Assembly (NCBI GenBank): GCA_025603075.1
Contig: MU626331.1
Location: 31,758 to 95,757 of the forward strand
Direction of reading: 5' to 3'
DNA: 64,000 nucleotides
Origin: Neoconidiobolus thromboides FSU 785
Taxonomy: Eukaryota; Fungi; Entomophthoromycota
In this document: in pieces, positions 12,019 to 24,119 of the stretch
Layout of the letters: the number at the start of each line of letters is the position of its first letter
How positions within the stretch are numbered: the stretch's first letter is position 1
Notes under the pieces: generated by a model
Databases searched by the model: none
Told to the model about the DNA's origin: nothing
What the model saw: the letters and a program-made list of their open reading frames with translations, nothing else
Position numbers and translations under genes: made by a program

Positions 12019-13275
12019 TTAAGAATGTTTCGATCTACTCTCTTTAATAAGCTCTCTTTCAGGTTTTGTTTTGAAAGCAAGCGAAACAAAGTTAGGCACT
12101 TTATTAAGCAGATCTATATAATAATTTTGTAAAGCTTCATTTTGTCTCACTCTAGTCAAATTAAGTTTGTTCATTTGGGCCCATTTAACTGGCATTGGAT
12201 TTCTTTTAACAACTTTATAAGGCCTCAAGCCTTTAGGTGTAATTGTGCTAACATTACTAGTTACTGGTCCAACTTGATTTGAAAGCTTCGAAATTAATTG
12301 TGGTAATGTCAATTGCGAATTGACTCCATTTAAAATCGGATTATTATCAATCAGACTTTCTATCACGTTCGTGACGGCTGGTACTGGGTCATAAGACCTT
12401 CTCTGTACATTTTGTTTTAACGTAGTTGGATAAGAAGGATAGGTATAACAATATATATCTTTAGTGGTATTTAAAGTGCTGTTCACGTCATACTTCCAAG
12501 TAATCAATGGGTCATTGAGCCCTACTTTAGTTTGATAAACGTCCCCATCGTATTGCAGCGACTTTGGATTTCTACGCTGCCAATTATACCACAAAAGATC
12601 CATAAACGAATGATGTAAATAAAACAATGGATCGTTTGGTGATATCATCTGAGTAAAATCCATCCCACCACCAATATTATTATGAGGATCGGCATGTACC
12701 TGCTCCACATTATCTTCAAAATCAGAAAACTTTTTTAGGTTCAAGAAAGGGTTAATCACTTCTGGAATTGCAAATTTACTTATTTTGGAACCTAAATCAT
12801 AGCTTCTTTGCAAGCAATGATCTGTATCGTATTTTAAAGTCATATAAGCAAACTCGCCATCTTGTACGCAGTAAGTGTTATTGCTATTACCATTGCTACC
12901 AAAATACCAATCCGAAAGCACTAGAGAGTCTTGTGGTGCTTGAGCATCGATAGACCAATCCCAATAAGGTAGCATAACCGAACTGTCAATCTTTTGTAGC
13001 TCCATTTCATATAGTCGGATAAAGTGACGATGCCAGGGTAAGAATCTAGGTACTGAGTGGGAGATCTCATGGTTTTCATTATGTACTTTGGTAAATTGTT
13101 CATGAATTGATAAGTTAGTATTGCTGTATTGTGTGTTATGTAAAGACCTTACAGCATCGGTGAATCTATATAATTCATCCGAGGTGAGGTCACGGATTTC
13201 TTTACGTTCTCGCGGAGAGGTACACGTTTGCGTGTAAACAACGGCAATAAATAAAGGGAGGTATAGCAATTTCAT
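12019..13275 (-). CDS. Secreted tyrosinase (type-3 di-copper protein)
   Basis: Signal peptide. CuA region H...HEISHSVPRFLPWHR and LPYWDWS. CuB region HADPHNNIGG...SPNDPLFYLHHSFMD. Confidence 0.94.
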   Translation of the reverse strand: MKLLYLPLFIAVVYTQTCTSPRERKEIRDLTSDELYRFTDAVRSLHNTQYSNTNLSIHEQFTKVHNENHEISHSVPRFLPWHRHFIRLYEMELQKIDSSVMLPYWDWSIDAQAPQDSLVLSDWYFGSNGNSNNTYCVQDGEFAYMTLKYDTDHCLQRSYDLGSKISKFAIPEVINPFLNLKKFSDFEDNVEQVHADPHNNIGGGMDFTQMISPNDPLFYLHHSFMDLLWYNWQRRNPKSLQYDGDVYQTKVGLNDPLITWKYDVNSTLNTTKDIYCYTYPSYPTTLKQNVQRRSYDPVPAVTNVIESLIDNNPILNGVNSQLTLPQLISKLSNQVGPVTSNVSTITPKGLRPYKVVKRNPMPVKWAQMNKLNLTRVRQNEALQNYYIDLLNKVPNFVSLAFKTKPERELIKESRSKHS

Positions 13276-15717
13276 TCAAATAATTAGTTTTTCAATGCTA
13301 AGGGTTTTTTGATGTATTTATATTAAATTTGGATTTGCTTTAATAAAATATGTCTTCTCTACTTTTAGTAGATTTATTAAGCAAGTCAGCCCATTTCTTC
13401 AAATCTCTAAAAATAATTAAGCCTTAAATAGTAAGGCGTTTATCTTTCTCTTTACTATTTTGCTGCAAAAGCCTCAATCTCATTGCTGTGTTTAAATTAG
13501 CATTCTAATAAAGCTTTATTTTTATTTAGAAAATTCCCAATTACCACTAAAACTTAATTAATGGAAATGAAAGATTTAGATAACATTTTAATTATATTAA
13601 ATTTTAAAATTTATGATTTAATGGTGTAGATTTCGTTTAATAAACTATATATAGCTGTTGTAGCTCTTTTATGACTTTTTTAGTGGTAGTTTTCAAAACC
13701 AAATTATATTTATGACCAATTTTTTTAAAACTTGATCCTCATAGTTTACCTGAATTTTGATACAATTTATTTTCTTAAACGAACAGCTAATTAAGCCTAA
13801 AAAGAGTTACAGCAGTTGTATCAAAGCCATTTAATAAATTTTCGCACAGGTACTGATGTTATGATAATATTATTTTATCAGATAACAAATTCACTTAAGT
13901 GATCCAACAAAAAACATCTATTGTAAATTAATGCAGTGTTCTTGTTAAAAATAGTAAAAACCACTTCATAGAATAAATAAAAGCTATCTTGCCTTGCTAA
14001 AAATAGAGTTCTATTGTCTTATTTTATAATTAACTTGTATTGCTTAATCTGGCTAAATTTTAAGAAATTATTTTTTACTTTTTTTGATAGCCATATGAGC
14101 ATTGAGCCTACGTCGAAGCAGAAATAGGCTTGCATCCCTTTGAAAATAAGGATTTATATATACTGTTAAAATATCAACATTGATGGCGTTGTAATTGATA
14201 TTTTTAATACTATATTATATTAAATATGGTACTTGATCTATCTATGATGTCAGTCTAAGTAAGCTACAAAATACTTAATAAAACTACCGTTTAAAAAATT
14301 GGCATAATACATAATCGTTTTAAACTTCGTAAACTTTTACAAATTTAGACTCTATTATAAAGTTATTGAACAGTTTAAATTTCATTTTATTTTTAAACAT
14401 TCTAGGTATAATTATATAGATATTTTTGGAATTATTTGTCAAACCTGTTTGAAAAGATTTAATCTTTTAGATGTCTCCTAATTCGTTTTCATTCGTTCCA
14501 AAGTAAATGATATTTTAACTAAAAAGTCGAATCACTCATACCTTAAGATACCTTTTGCGCGTTGTATAAATTGTGTCGTTACTAAGAGTTTTTAATCATA
14601 GTAATGCCAACGTTTGTATTTTTATTAATAAATGATATCGTGTCCTCTTATTCTTAGCAACTATTAGTAACAAAGTTTAGACCTAAGTAAGCAAAGTTAG
14701 CTCTTTAAAAAAGATAATAAAATAAATTGCATAAAAACACTTATTTTTACTTATCTATTAGCTTCAGATGTATTTATATTAGCTGCTGCCCATTCCATAA
14801 TTAATATGATTTTAAAGTCTATAGTTACTATGCTATTGCTTATTCATGCTCATCTATCCCAGCTTAGTAATTGAAATAATTTTAGGGTGGTTGTAAATGA
14901 CCAAGTATAAAACTCTAGTAAAAGTTAAAGCAACTTTTTACAGTTTTAACTAACATTTAAACCTACCAAAATTTGTAACTGAGTTAAAATTAAAATTAAA
15001 AATTAGAATGACTTTTCATCATTTCGCATTGTTTTGGGGGAATATTTTTGAAATTTATTCTTTTTCAAAAAAGATATCTTTTATTAACATTTATGCTTAT
15101 TTCCTTTGTTGTAATGAATTAAATTCGGAAAAATGTTGAACCTTGGGCCCTAAATATAAACAAGTTGTTATACTTTATAATGTTATTTAAATCACACTTT
15201 TATTTCAAAAAGACTTTGATATAACAAAAATATTAAAAAATTCATTGAGCTTTGTTAGTATCTTTTTCTTTTTTAATCTCAGCATCTTTAATAATAATGA
15301 AGTAATAATATTCTTAGCAATTCGCTTACTTTACTTTGTTAATTGTTATTTATTACTACTTTAGGTATATATATAAAATTAAAGTGATCTCAGATTTAGC
15401 ACAGGACCCATAAAGAAATGTCGACTGCTTACTACAGCTAAATCAGAGGATTTGAATGTCAAAGAATATTATAAAAGTTTAGATACTAATTATTTCAAAT
15501 TTATTGTATTATGGATACTAGTCAACAGGACCCATTTTTTATAACTTAACAGATATTTGATTATGACTTTATACAAATATTCATGTTCGCAATCTTCTGC
15601 TTAATAAATTGAGTTAAAATCCTAAACAAAAACACTAGCTTAAGTATGCATATTCATATTCATATTAATTAATTTACTACTATTTCAAAAATTAATAAGA
15701 TCATAACTAAGTTAATA

Positions 15718-16224
15718 TTACACACCACGAAGTAGCAAGAATCCTAAAGTAGAGAATATAAGGATGTGAAGCTCCTTTGGGATATTAAAAAATAGTTTGA
15801 AATCCCCATTTTCGCGAGAAAAAGTGCCAATGGTTGCTTCTGGTTTTAAGGAGCAATTTAAGATCCATTTATCTGTATAAAATGTCCAATAATAATATAT
15901 GGCAGCTTCATGACTTGGACAGATAATAATTTCAGCATGATAAGCTTCATTGCTTTTTAGTTTCAATTGGAATTTTAAATCAGAAAGCTTACTAGCTGGG
16001 TCTACTAAACTTATTTTAAACTCGTTTTTTGCGAAGAAATGTGCTTTAGTTATCTTTGCTAATGGTAAATTATTCGCAGATAATAAAAGAGTGCATTTAT
16101 TATTAATCAGTATGGATTTGTATTGGTGATTCAAAGTGGAGTCATCAGTTACTAAAGATATATTATAATTTTTTAATTGATTATTTGGATCTTTTTCAAA
16201 TTTATATTTTATTAAACTTTCCAT
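15718..16224 (-). CDS. Uncharacterised beta-rich family member 1 (possible tubby/LURP-one/scramblase-like fold)
   Basis: Intact 168-aa ORF sharing LPL(A/G)KI, YYWT(F/Y), PE..I and the terminal EL..L...T..FLL.R motif with ORFs at 22520 and 52037. Confidence 0.75.
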   Translation of the reverse strand: MESLIKYKFEKDPNNQLKNYNISLVTDDSTLNHQYKSILINNKCTLLLSANNLPLAKITKAHFFAKNEFKISLVDPASKLSDLKFQLKLKSNEAYHAEIIICPSHEAAIYYYWTFYTDKWILNCSLKPEATIGTFSRENGDFKLFFNIPKELHILIFSTLGFLLLRGV

Positions 16225-17734
16225 GCTTAACTACTATTTTGTTAGAGTGCTTCTTGATATTTATTGTATATATACTATATCCTTTTCCTACTCTATTTAA
16301 GCTTGATTACTTGGCACTTACCTAGATTGATATTTTGTTCCAGAGCAACAATTATAAAAACTCGGAAAGAAATTGGAACCTCCAAAGTAGGTGACCTTTA
16401 TAAGGTTGAAAATCAATTAAAAAATAAAGTATAAGCATAAATGTGATTTCATATATATATATATTATTACTCATATTTCAAATCCTTTAAAAAAAGGTAG
16501 AAGAGTTTACCTTTTGGATTTGAGATCCTTTGAGTTTTATTCATAAAGTTATATTATGATTTACTACGTTTTAGTTTATAGCTATATCAATTTCTAATAA
16601 TTTTATTAGTCTTATGCGAATTCAAAGTTGCCGAACCTTGGCAGATAGAATGGTATAGTATAAAAACACACCAAAAGACACGTGACTACAGTATATGTAG
16701 TCAAGAGTAGTTTGTAATTAGTAACATATACCAATATCCTTGGCTATTCGTATTCGCGTAATAGTTAATAAAAGGTGGCATTGTGTAAAAAAAAAGATTG
16801 AATTTATCTAAAACTAAGTAGCAATTATTTTACTATTAAACATAAGTAGTAAAGTAAGATATAAAAAATAATTTTATCTTATAGCTATTGCAAAGTTATT
16901 GACAAAATAAGTCTGTAAAACTTTTGACACTTAATATTATTATGTAATATAAAGAGTTTAATAATTTTTGTATAAGATAAAATTCAGTTAAAAAAATATT
17001 TCTTATGTTTCACATTAAACTAGCTTTTTATAGCATATATTGCTAGTCTTTCTTGTTTTTGACTATTATTCAATATCTCAAAAATTACTATGTAAATTTC
17101 AACTTAAATGATCCTACTTTGGTGCATAATGCCAAGGGTTTAGAAAAGATATAGAATATTTATACACAATATAGCCATTATCAGTATGTTCAATATAAAA
17201 CCTATAAAGCTGATATTCTACATATATGTTTATATAGTATTTTTAAACACAATTGAAAAAAAGTATTTAATTACTTTTTACTGAAAAACAACTGTTCAAG
17301 TTTAACCATTTAATTTCTAGGATAACTTGTGTCAGATTGTAAAAACTAAACTTGGATTTGTGTAAAATATAGTAGCAAGTAAATTTAATAACTTAATAGT
17401 ATTAATTTACTTGTATATTAATTTACTCCTTTACCTAAAATTATAAAAAGTATATATTCATAAAGTATAATCAGTTATAAAAAAACATTAGTCTTTGAAA
17501 CCAATAGCTTATTTGAACTTTTTCCTTTAGACTTAATCAAACTGCTTATTCTAGCTCAATAAAAACAAAATATAATTTAGTGTCGTAAAAAAAGTTCAAT
17601 GATAATCAAATTCAGATTACAAAAACCAAAATCTTGTCATGGTCATTATGCTATAGATTTATACAACTTTTTCTTTTACTTATCTTTCAAGCTATAAAAT
17701 CAGATCACAGACTTATCTTTTGATTTATATAAGA

Positions 17735-17838
17735 TATAAGTATGTATTTTTTTGTTTAAGAATTCCACTAACAAATTTTCCATTAAAATAGCGCTTAAAA
17801 GATGGAAAAAATAATGAGATCAAAAAAATATCACTATA
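17735..17838 (+). mobile_element. MITE-like element, copy 2
   Basis: Core aaatagcgcttaaaagatggaaaaa identical to copy 1. Ends decayed (tataagtatgtattt ... aaaaaatatcactata). Confidence 0.75.
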
Positions 17839-18068
17839 TTGTATATATGATATATTATAGGTCATGTCACTTTGAACTGTTTTGAAGAGCTTATTTATCT
17901 TAAACAAATTCGTTTTTGTTATTAAGATTCACTATAAATATCATTAAACTTTTGCTTGAGGGAATAAATTTACCTTTAAATCTTTTACATCTTTATAATA
18001 TACAGGTTTTTTAAACCTACCTGGCTTTCCCAAAAAAATACTTGAACAAATATATAAAAATAAGGAAC

Positions 18069-18168
18069 AAAGGAGTGTTTGTTTGGCTTCATTACTTTTT
18101 CTATCTTTTAAGCGCTATTTTAGTGGAAGATTTGTTAGTGAAATTCTTAAATAAAATGTATTTCCATA
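18069..18168 (-). mobile_element. MITE-like element, copy 3
   Basis: Reverse-orientation match: aggagtgtttgtttggcttcatt, ctatcttttaagcgctatttt, tgttagtgaaattcttaaa, ttccata. Confidence 0.75.
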
Positions 18169-18338
18169 TCATATCTATTTTGATAAAATTTTCCAATTAT
18201 TTAATTTTAAGTAGATATAATAGCTATCACTATAATAAATAATAAAACAAGTTACAAATTAAGGTTTATATAAATTTATTTTAATATAGAAAGTCAAAAA
18301 CGGAGCTAGGGATCAAAGAAGCGTTAAAGTTTACGATT

Positions 18339-19950
18339 CTATAATTTAGAAGCCAAAAACTTAGGTGATGGTCTATCTGGAATAATAAAATCTAAAATAG
18401 CTTGGGCAATTAATGGATCCTTGGTAATATCATTGTGTCCACCAAAATTGTTAGCCAAATATTTAAGTTTATCAAATCCAAGGAAATTCAAATGTTTTGC
18501 AAAATTTAAGCTATGGCCTGAATGAACTAAAGTATCATTAGTCGAGTGAATGATCAATGCTTTAGGTAAAGTGGTATAAGGTATCATCTTCAAGTGAGAG
18601 CTAGTAACATACTGTGGAGAAACAGATCTTAAATAATTTAATAATTTTTCATCGTTTGTAATCAAAGATTGAGAATTGTTGTTGACTTCATTATTTGGAG
18701 TTATAGAGTTGGAGTTATTTTGAGGATAATTCCATTGAAGTTTGGGCTCTTCTTGAGCTTTTGGTGAATATTGTGGTTTTGTATAAACAGATCTTGTGAT
18801 GCTTGATTGACCGTTTGTATTAGGACCAATAGTCATGGTTCTCTCGGTAATAGTAACATGAACATCTTTAGGTATAATATAATTATAAAATTGAGTTCCG
18901 TGACTGGGCTCTATTCTAATACTTTCAGAGTTGTTCAAATCAGTTCTATTTTCAGTATTTGAGGAATCTCTTTCCCCATTAATTGGACTTGGTACAATAA
19001 GTCTTTCCCCATTAATTGGACCTGGTACAATAAGTCTTTCCCCATTAATTGGACTTGGTACAATAAGTCTTTCTGTATTATGAGGGCTTGGTACAATGAG
19101 CCTTTCTGTATTATGAGGGCTTGGTACAATAAGCCTTTCTGGGTTACTTGAAGTATAAGGCGCTGATCCAGAAGTAAATTGCCCAATATCATTTTGGTTT
19201 AAGGAAACTTCATATTGAGAAACAAATGATTGATTTGCATTTTGAGCCTGTATTGAATCGGCGTGAGAGAATTTGGTAATTCCGTTGTGATTAAAATAAA
19301 CATTCTCCTTCGCAACTTGAGATAAATCAAAAGTTCCAGCTAAGGAAACTAACCCTTTTATTCTGGATATTAAAGTTGTTTCCTGATCTTTACTGCTTGA
19401 AAGCAATGGTAAATATGCGCCAGAGTCCAAAGCTATTATACTAGCAAGAAGCGCACCAGATGAGTGACCGCCAATGTAAATTTCATTACTTGCAAATATA
19501 CTATGAGTTAAAATATGTAAATAACCCTTTAAACAGTCTTCAATGTGATTTTTGAATTTAATATCACTATGGTTATTTGTGCGATAATTTACCCTAATTA
19601 CATTAAGCCCCTCATCACTTAAACGTTGAATAAAATTTTCAAAATCAACATGACTAGCACTTAAATATGGGAAAGATTCAAACCAAATCAAAACAGGAGC
19701 TTTTGAATTGTACTTGCATGGATAAATATAATACTTACATTCTTCGGATTCTTTTGAGTAAACAACCTCGAAGCCAGAAGAAGGTTTTGATGAGTCACTA
19801 AAGAGTTGATTAATTAATAAAGAAAAAAAATATTAAAATAAATTACTTTAAAGGTTTTGATTCATAAACATTTACAGCACTATAAGGGCTTGAGGTGATA
19901 ATATTCCCTCTAGTACTTTCTAAATCAGTCATATGAGTCCCAATTACCAT
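18339..19950 (-). CDS. Alpha/beta hydrolase (arylformamidase-like) paralog 1 with large insert (exons 19950-19847, 19797-18339; ~520 aa)
   Basis: Nucleophile elbow GGHSSG, acid HSTND and His motif GGHND. The frame stays open upstream of the TTG start used by the ORF track and joins an ATG exon through a GT-AG intron. Confidence 0.85.
18970..19140 (-). repeat. In-frame 33-bp tandem repeat, 5 copies (ERLIVPSPHNT / ERLIVP(S/G)PING)
   Basis: On the plus strand, ctttccccattaattggac(t/c)tggtacaataagt three times, then ctttctgtattatgagggcttggtacaat(g/a)agc twice. Confidence 0.95.
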
Positions 19951-20963
19951 TTCTTTTGAGTTTTGTATAAATTGAGTTGATCTCTAATTGAGTATTTATA
20001 CTTTTCAAAAAAATTTATTACTTTCTCCCTGAATTTAAATGGTCCAATAAAACCTATCTCAATAATCCATTAAAGAACCACGTCTACTTCAATTTATTTC
20101 CTGGAACTTAATTTGCTGTATAATCACCATTTACATGTAAATTGTTCTTTATACGAATTTATTCCTATCTAGAAGCTTTATAAAAATAATAGCCAATTAC
20201 TAACTATGGTAAAGTAAGATGGCAGTATAACCGTTAAATCATTTTTTTATAAACCATAAACATTAACTCTATTAGTTTATAACATATAAATTAAGCACTA
20301 TAAAAGAAGAAATTTTTAAATATATCAGTTTTTTTTAGGAATATAGATAATAAAAATAATTGTTATAATAATTTTTTTTATTTTGCCGCTTTAAAAGCTT
20401 CTATTTAAAATAGCTCTAATTAGTTTGAGCTCTAATAAACTTTTTGAAATTTTTAAACCCTAAATTAGCTAAAATTATAAGAATATGATATAACAATGAA
20501 ATAAAATTATATGAGTTCGTGCCGCTTTCTTTATTTTCACTAGGGTTATCTAAGCTGCTAATCTTTTTTATATCGCTTCACTTTAAGTAGAACATTTAAT
20601 AAATCTTAATAAAAACTTAATGAATAATGGTGGCTATACTGTTTATAAAAGTAAGCAATATTAGTTAATTGATTTATTAAAGTTAACAAAATTTAATGGA
20701 ATTAAAGTCAAAAATATAAAAGTAAATATTAATAAATATTAAATAAAAAGCAGCCAAAACCCCATAAAAACGCTATAAGTTAGACCAAAAGCATGCTAAA
20801 TTACATCTTGATAATAACAAGTTCTTGATAGTAAAGAACCTTCTTATCAACCCTGTACACATTGCTAAATAAGAAAATAAAATTTTGATAAAATATTTCC
20901 AAAATTTACCAAGATAATAAATACTATATTAAATAAATAACAGAATACGTATCCTATCAATGG

Positions 20964-21037
20964 GCTCGTATGGCGCAATTGGCTAGCGCGTCCGACTGTT
21001 AATCGGGAGGTTACTGGTTCGATCCCAGTTATGAGCG
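20964..21037 (+). tRNA. tRNA-Asn (GTT)
   Basis: Acceptor GCTCGTA/TATGAGC, anticodon arm TCCGA-CT GTT AA-TCGGG, T-loop GGTTCGATCCC, followed by a T-run. Confidence 0.96.
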
Positions 21038-22519
21038 TTTTATCTTTTAAAGATTTGCTTCTAAATTATATTATCAATTTTTTAGTTAAATACGTGACAA
21101 AAAGGTATTTCTATATGCTTTATCATAATAAATAATCGTATAATTTTAATAAATTAATTTTTATTTCTTAACTGTAGTTTCAGAACTGAGAAATATACTT
21201 TCTAAAGCGCCTAGACTGTATAGTATTGACTTGTTATCAACTGACCTAATGTTGATAAATTTTAATTATAGTCAAATCTAGTTAATGTGTTTTGTAAGCA
21301 ATAATCAACCTCCTACTAGAAATTAGAATACTCCAGTGAAATTTAAATTTGAACAAATCAAAAACCAGGGCTAGTCAAATTTCTTTACAAATAGCCTTTT
21401 GATCAGAAAATTAGAAACTAAACAAATAAGATTGATCAAATTATTCGTGTGGACAACAATCTGGTAGAAGATTGAAAACTGATTGAATCATAGTAGCTAA
21501 GAAGCATTTGACTTGAAAAGTAAGCTGTCCAAAACCATTAAGTAGCTAGATGATGGGCTAAATAAGCTAACATTGTATATATCCTTGTTTTTTTTGCAAA
21601 AGAAACAAAGTGTTTAGACTTAAACATACATACTTTTTTTTCCTTAAAATTCCTCTTCATGGAAGCTCTAAATTTGATAGTATTAGTTTAAGCTATTTGA
21701 AAACCCAAATATTGGCAATCCTAAACTCACTAGTTTGTAATAAAATTATGACAATAAATTTATTATATAATTTATGTTTAGTATCTGAATTTTAAAGTTA
21801 TCCACATTAAAAAGCTTAACAAATTATATAAGATAATAGCTATTGCTACTTTATAAGCTTTATTTAAGTCCCAAGGTTTATATAAGTAATATTAGTCTAA
21901 AATCAAATAGCTTTTAAATCATTTGATTTTATAATATTAAATTTACCAATTTAAAACATCTAAATATATAAACATATAAAATAGACCAATAGTTAGCTAT
22001 TTTATAGTATTAGCTTAAAGTAAATTTTACTATCTATTTTATATAAGACAATCACTTTTATTAAAGAACTATTAACAAATATGTAGTAACATTTGATGTT
22101 TACTGTAACATATTATTTATAGATGTTTGAGCAACTTATTACACTTTTGTTAAAATGAAATCACGATCAGTATAAAATATGATAAATTAATACTAAACTA
22201 ATACTTTGATTATCAATTATCACTTAACTATCGTTTTATGTTAAATAGATTATTATTTTTTCATATCCTTAATATTTAATAATTGATACGAATAAATTCC
22301 AAAAAAGGAAAATCGGTAAACTCTTAACTTTTATAATGCAACTTTATTTGCCAACCTTGAACATGCCAAGTTTTAAGAAAAATGTAAAGAACTTCTAATC
22401 TAATAAATGAATATTTAGGATAGCACAAATCTGGGCCAAGTAATAACATCAAATCCAAATAGTATAAAATGCAATCATAAATACTCTTTTTTTAAAAAAC
22501 CAAAATCAAAGCTATCAAA

Positions 22520-23032
22520 ATGAATTCTATCATATGTTATCAATTCACTAAAGATACCAAAACTAATGTTTATAACTTAAATCCTAAGCTTGACTATGTC
22601 AATCAAAAATATCAGTACTCACTCACATTTACTAATAAGAAGACTGCCATTGTAGTTGATGGCTTAGGTTTACCTTTAGCAAAAATTGAAAGTTGTGGCC
22701 TCTTTAATATAAGCAGATACAAGGTTATTATTGCCATGCCAGAATTATGTCTTTCCGATCTTAAGATAAGATTGATAATACCAAGTAAAAGTAAAATGAA
22801 TGCTTATCGCGCTGAAATTAAGATTAGCTCTCAAAACAGCAAGCAGGGTGTATCTTATTATTGGACTTATTACAGTGAAGAAGGCTGGTTTTTAAATAGC
22901 TCTAAGGATCCCGAATTATCTATTGCTTCCTACAGTTTTAAAAATCCAGTTTATACTTTGTTTTGCAATACTTCTAAAGAACTCAATGTTTTATTTTTGA
23001 CAACTCTCTCCTTCCTTTTATATAGAAACTAG
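22520..23032 (+). CDS. Uncharacterised beta-rich family member 2
   Basis: 170-aa ORF with LPLAKI, LSDLK, YYWTY, PELSI and KELNVLFLTTLSFLLYR, matching the 15718 and 52037 ORFs. Confidence 0.78.
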   Translation: MNSIICYQFTKDTKTNVYNLNPKLDYVNQKYQYSLTFTNKKTAIVVDGLGLPLAKIESCGLFNISRYKVIIAMPELCLSDLKIRLIIPSKSKMNAYRAEIKISSQNSKQGVSYYWTYYSEEGWFLNSSKDPELSIASYSFKNPVYTLFCNTSKELNVLFLTTLSFLLYRN

Positions 23033-23811
23033 TCATAAAATTATTGTATATATTTGCTCCTTTATTAACATCCTTTTAACTTAATAAACTCTACTTATTT
23101 TAATTTTTATATTATTGCAATTATCATTATTATCTATGAGATATGGGGTCTAATAAATACATTATTTTATGCGTTATTTTATTGATAGTAAAATAAGCCG
23201 AATTGTTTAGGATATGAACACTGTTCAAGTTATATACATATTATATTATAATAAGCTTTAATATTAATTAAGTCAAAATCTTAATTTAATTCTCCGATCT
23301 ATTCTAGAGTGATAGAAACTTCTTTACTTGACTGCGTGTAACAATATGGCAATATTATCTTTATAAGGATCATTATGGTAATATAAAATAACAGGGAAAT
23401 AGGTTTTTTCATGATTTGCACAATCACACTTACACTAAACTAATGATGGATCCTAATATCCTGATTCTTACGCTGTATTCATTACAATTTTAAATTTTGG
23501 GAGAAAGCTCACAGATGAAAACTTTATTAGTGAAATAAAGTTAATTGAATAACAAGGCTAGCTATCCAAGAGATATAGAGCTTCTAGACCCCTTGCGATT
23601 CTTTTCCAGGCGGAGTCTTAGAAAATCTAAAATCCATTTCCCAGGTGTTACCATTCAATAAACATTAACTGGACCGAAGGAACTGATTATTCATGCGCAA
23701 AGGAAAGTCTAGTATAGATTCTATACATAGTCCAGATGATGGAAGAGCAAGAATAAGCTAAAAAAAAGTATGAATATGTTTGCCATGTTAAAAAAGAGCT
23801 TTGTATTAGTA

Positions 23812-23907
23812 TATGGGAATGTTTTTTTTGACTTCATTACTTCTTCATTTTTCAAACACTATTTGAGTGGAAAAATTAATAAATTTTTTAAAAAAGACAT
23901 CCCCATA
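23812..23907 (-). mobile_element. MITE-like element, copy 4
   Basis: tatgggaatgttttttttgacttcatt ... aaaagacatccccata; both ends are recognisable. Confidence 0.8.
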
Positions 23908-24026
23908 TATGCTTTTATTTAGGAAACAAACCCAAGCTGTTATATAAGTAAATTACTTGTTAATATTTTTTGAGCGTTCATTTAAATGTAAACTAAATAT
24001 ATCATGTATTAATACTTGGGTTTTAA

Positions 24027-24119
24027 TATGAGGATGTTTTTTGGTTTCATTCTCCATTTTTAAGTACTATTTCAGTGGAAAAATTGTTAGTAAACTTAAA
24101 CAAAAAATACATCGCCATA
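24027..24119 (-). mobile_element. MITE-like element, copy 5
   Basis: tatgaggatgttttttggtttcatt ... taagtactatttcagtggaaaaattgttag ... aaaatacatcgccata. Confidence 0.78.

Noticed and set aside
16679-16702. CACGTGAC E-box/CDEI-like site overlapping a 7-bp hairpin
   Set aside because: A single short occurrence is expected by chance, and there is no CDEII/CDEIII-like context.
17725-18242. ORF-track entries at 17725, 18042 and 49440
   Set aside because: Short AT-rich ORFs that run across MITE copies, without signal peptides or domains.
23300-23790. Less AT-rich stretch with protein-like fragments on the minus strand (for example CKCDCANHEKTYFPVILYYHNDPY)
   Set aside because: Stops in all frames and no family I can recognise. 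It could be a gene or transposon relic, but a TBLASTX/BLASTX search is needed to support that.
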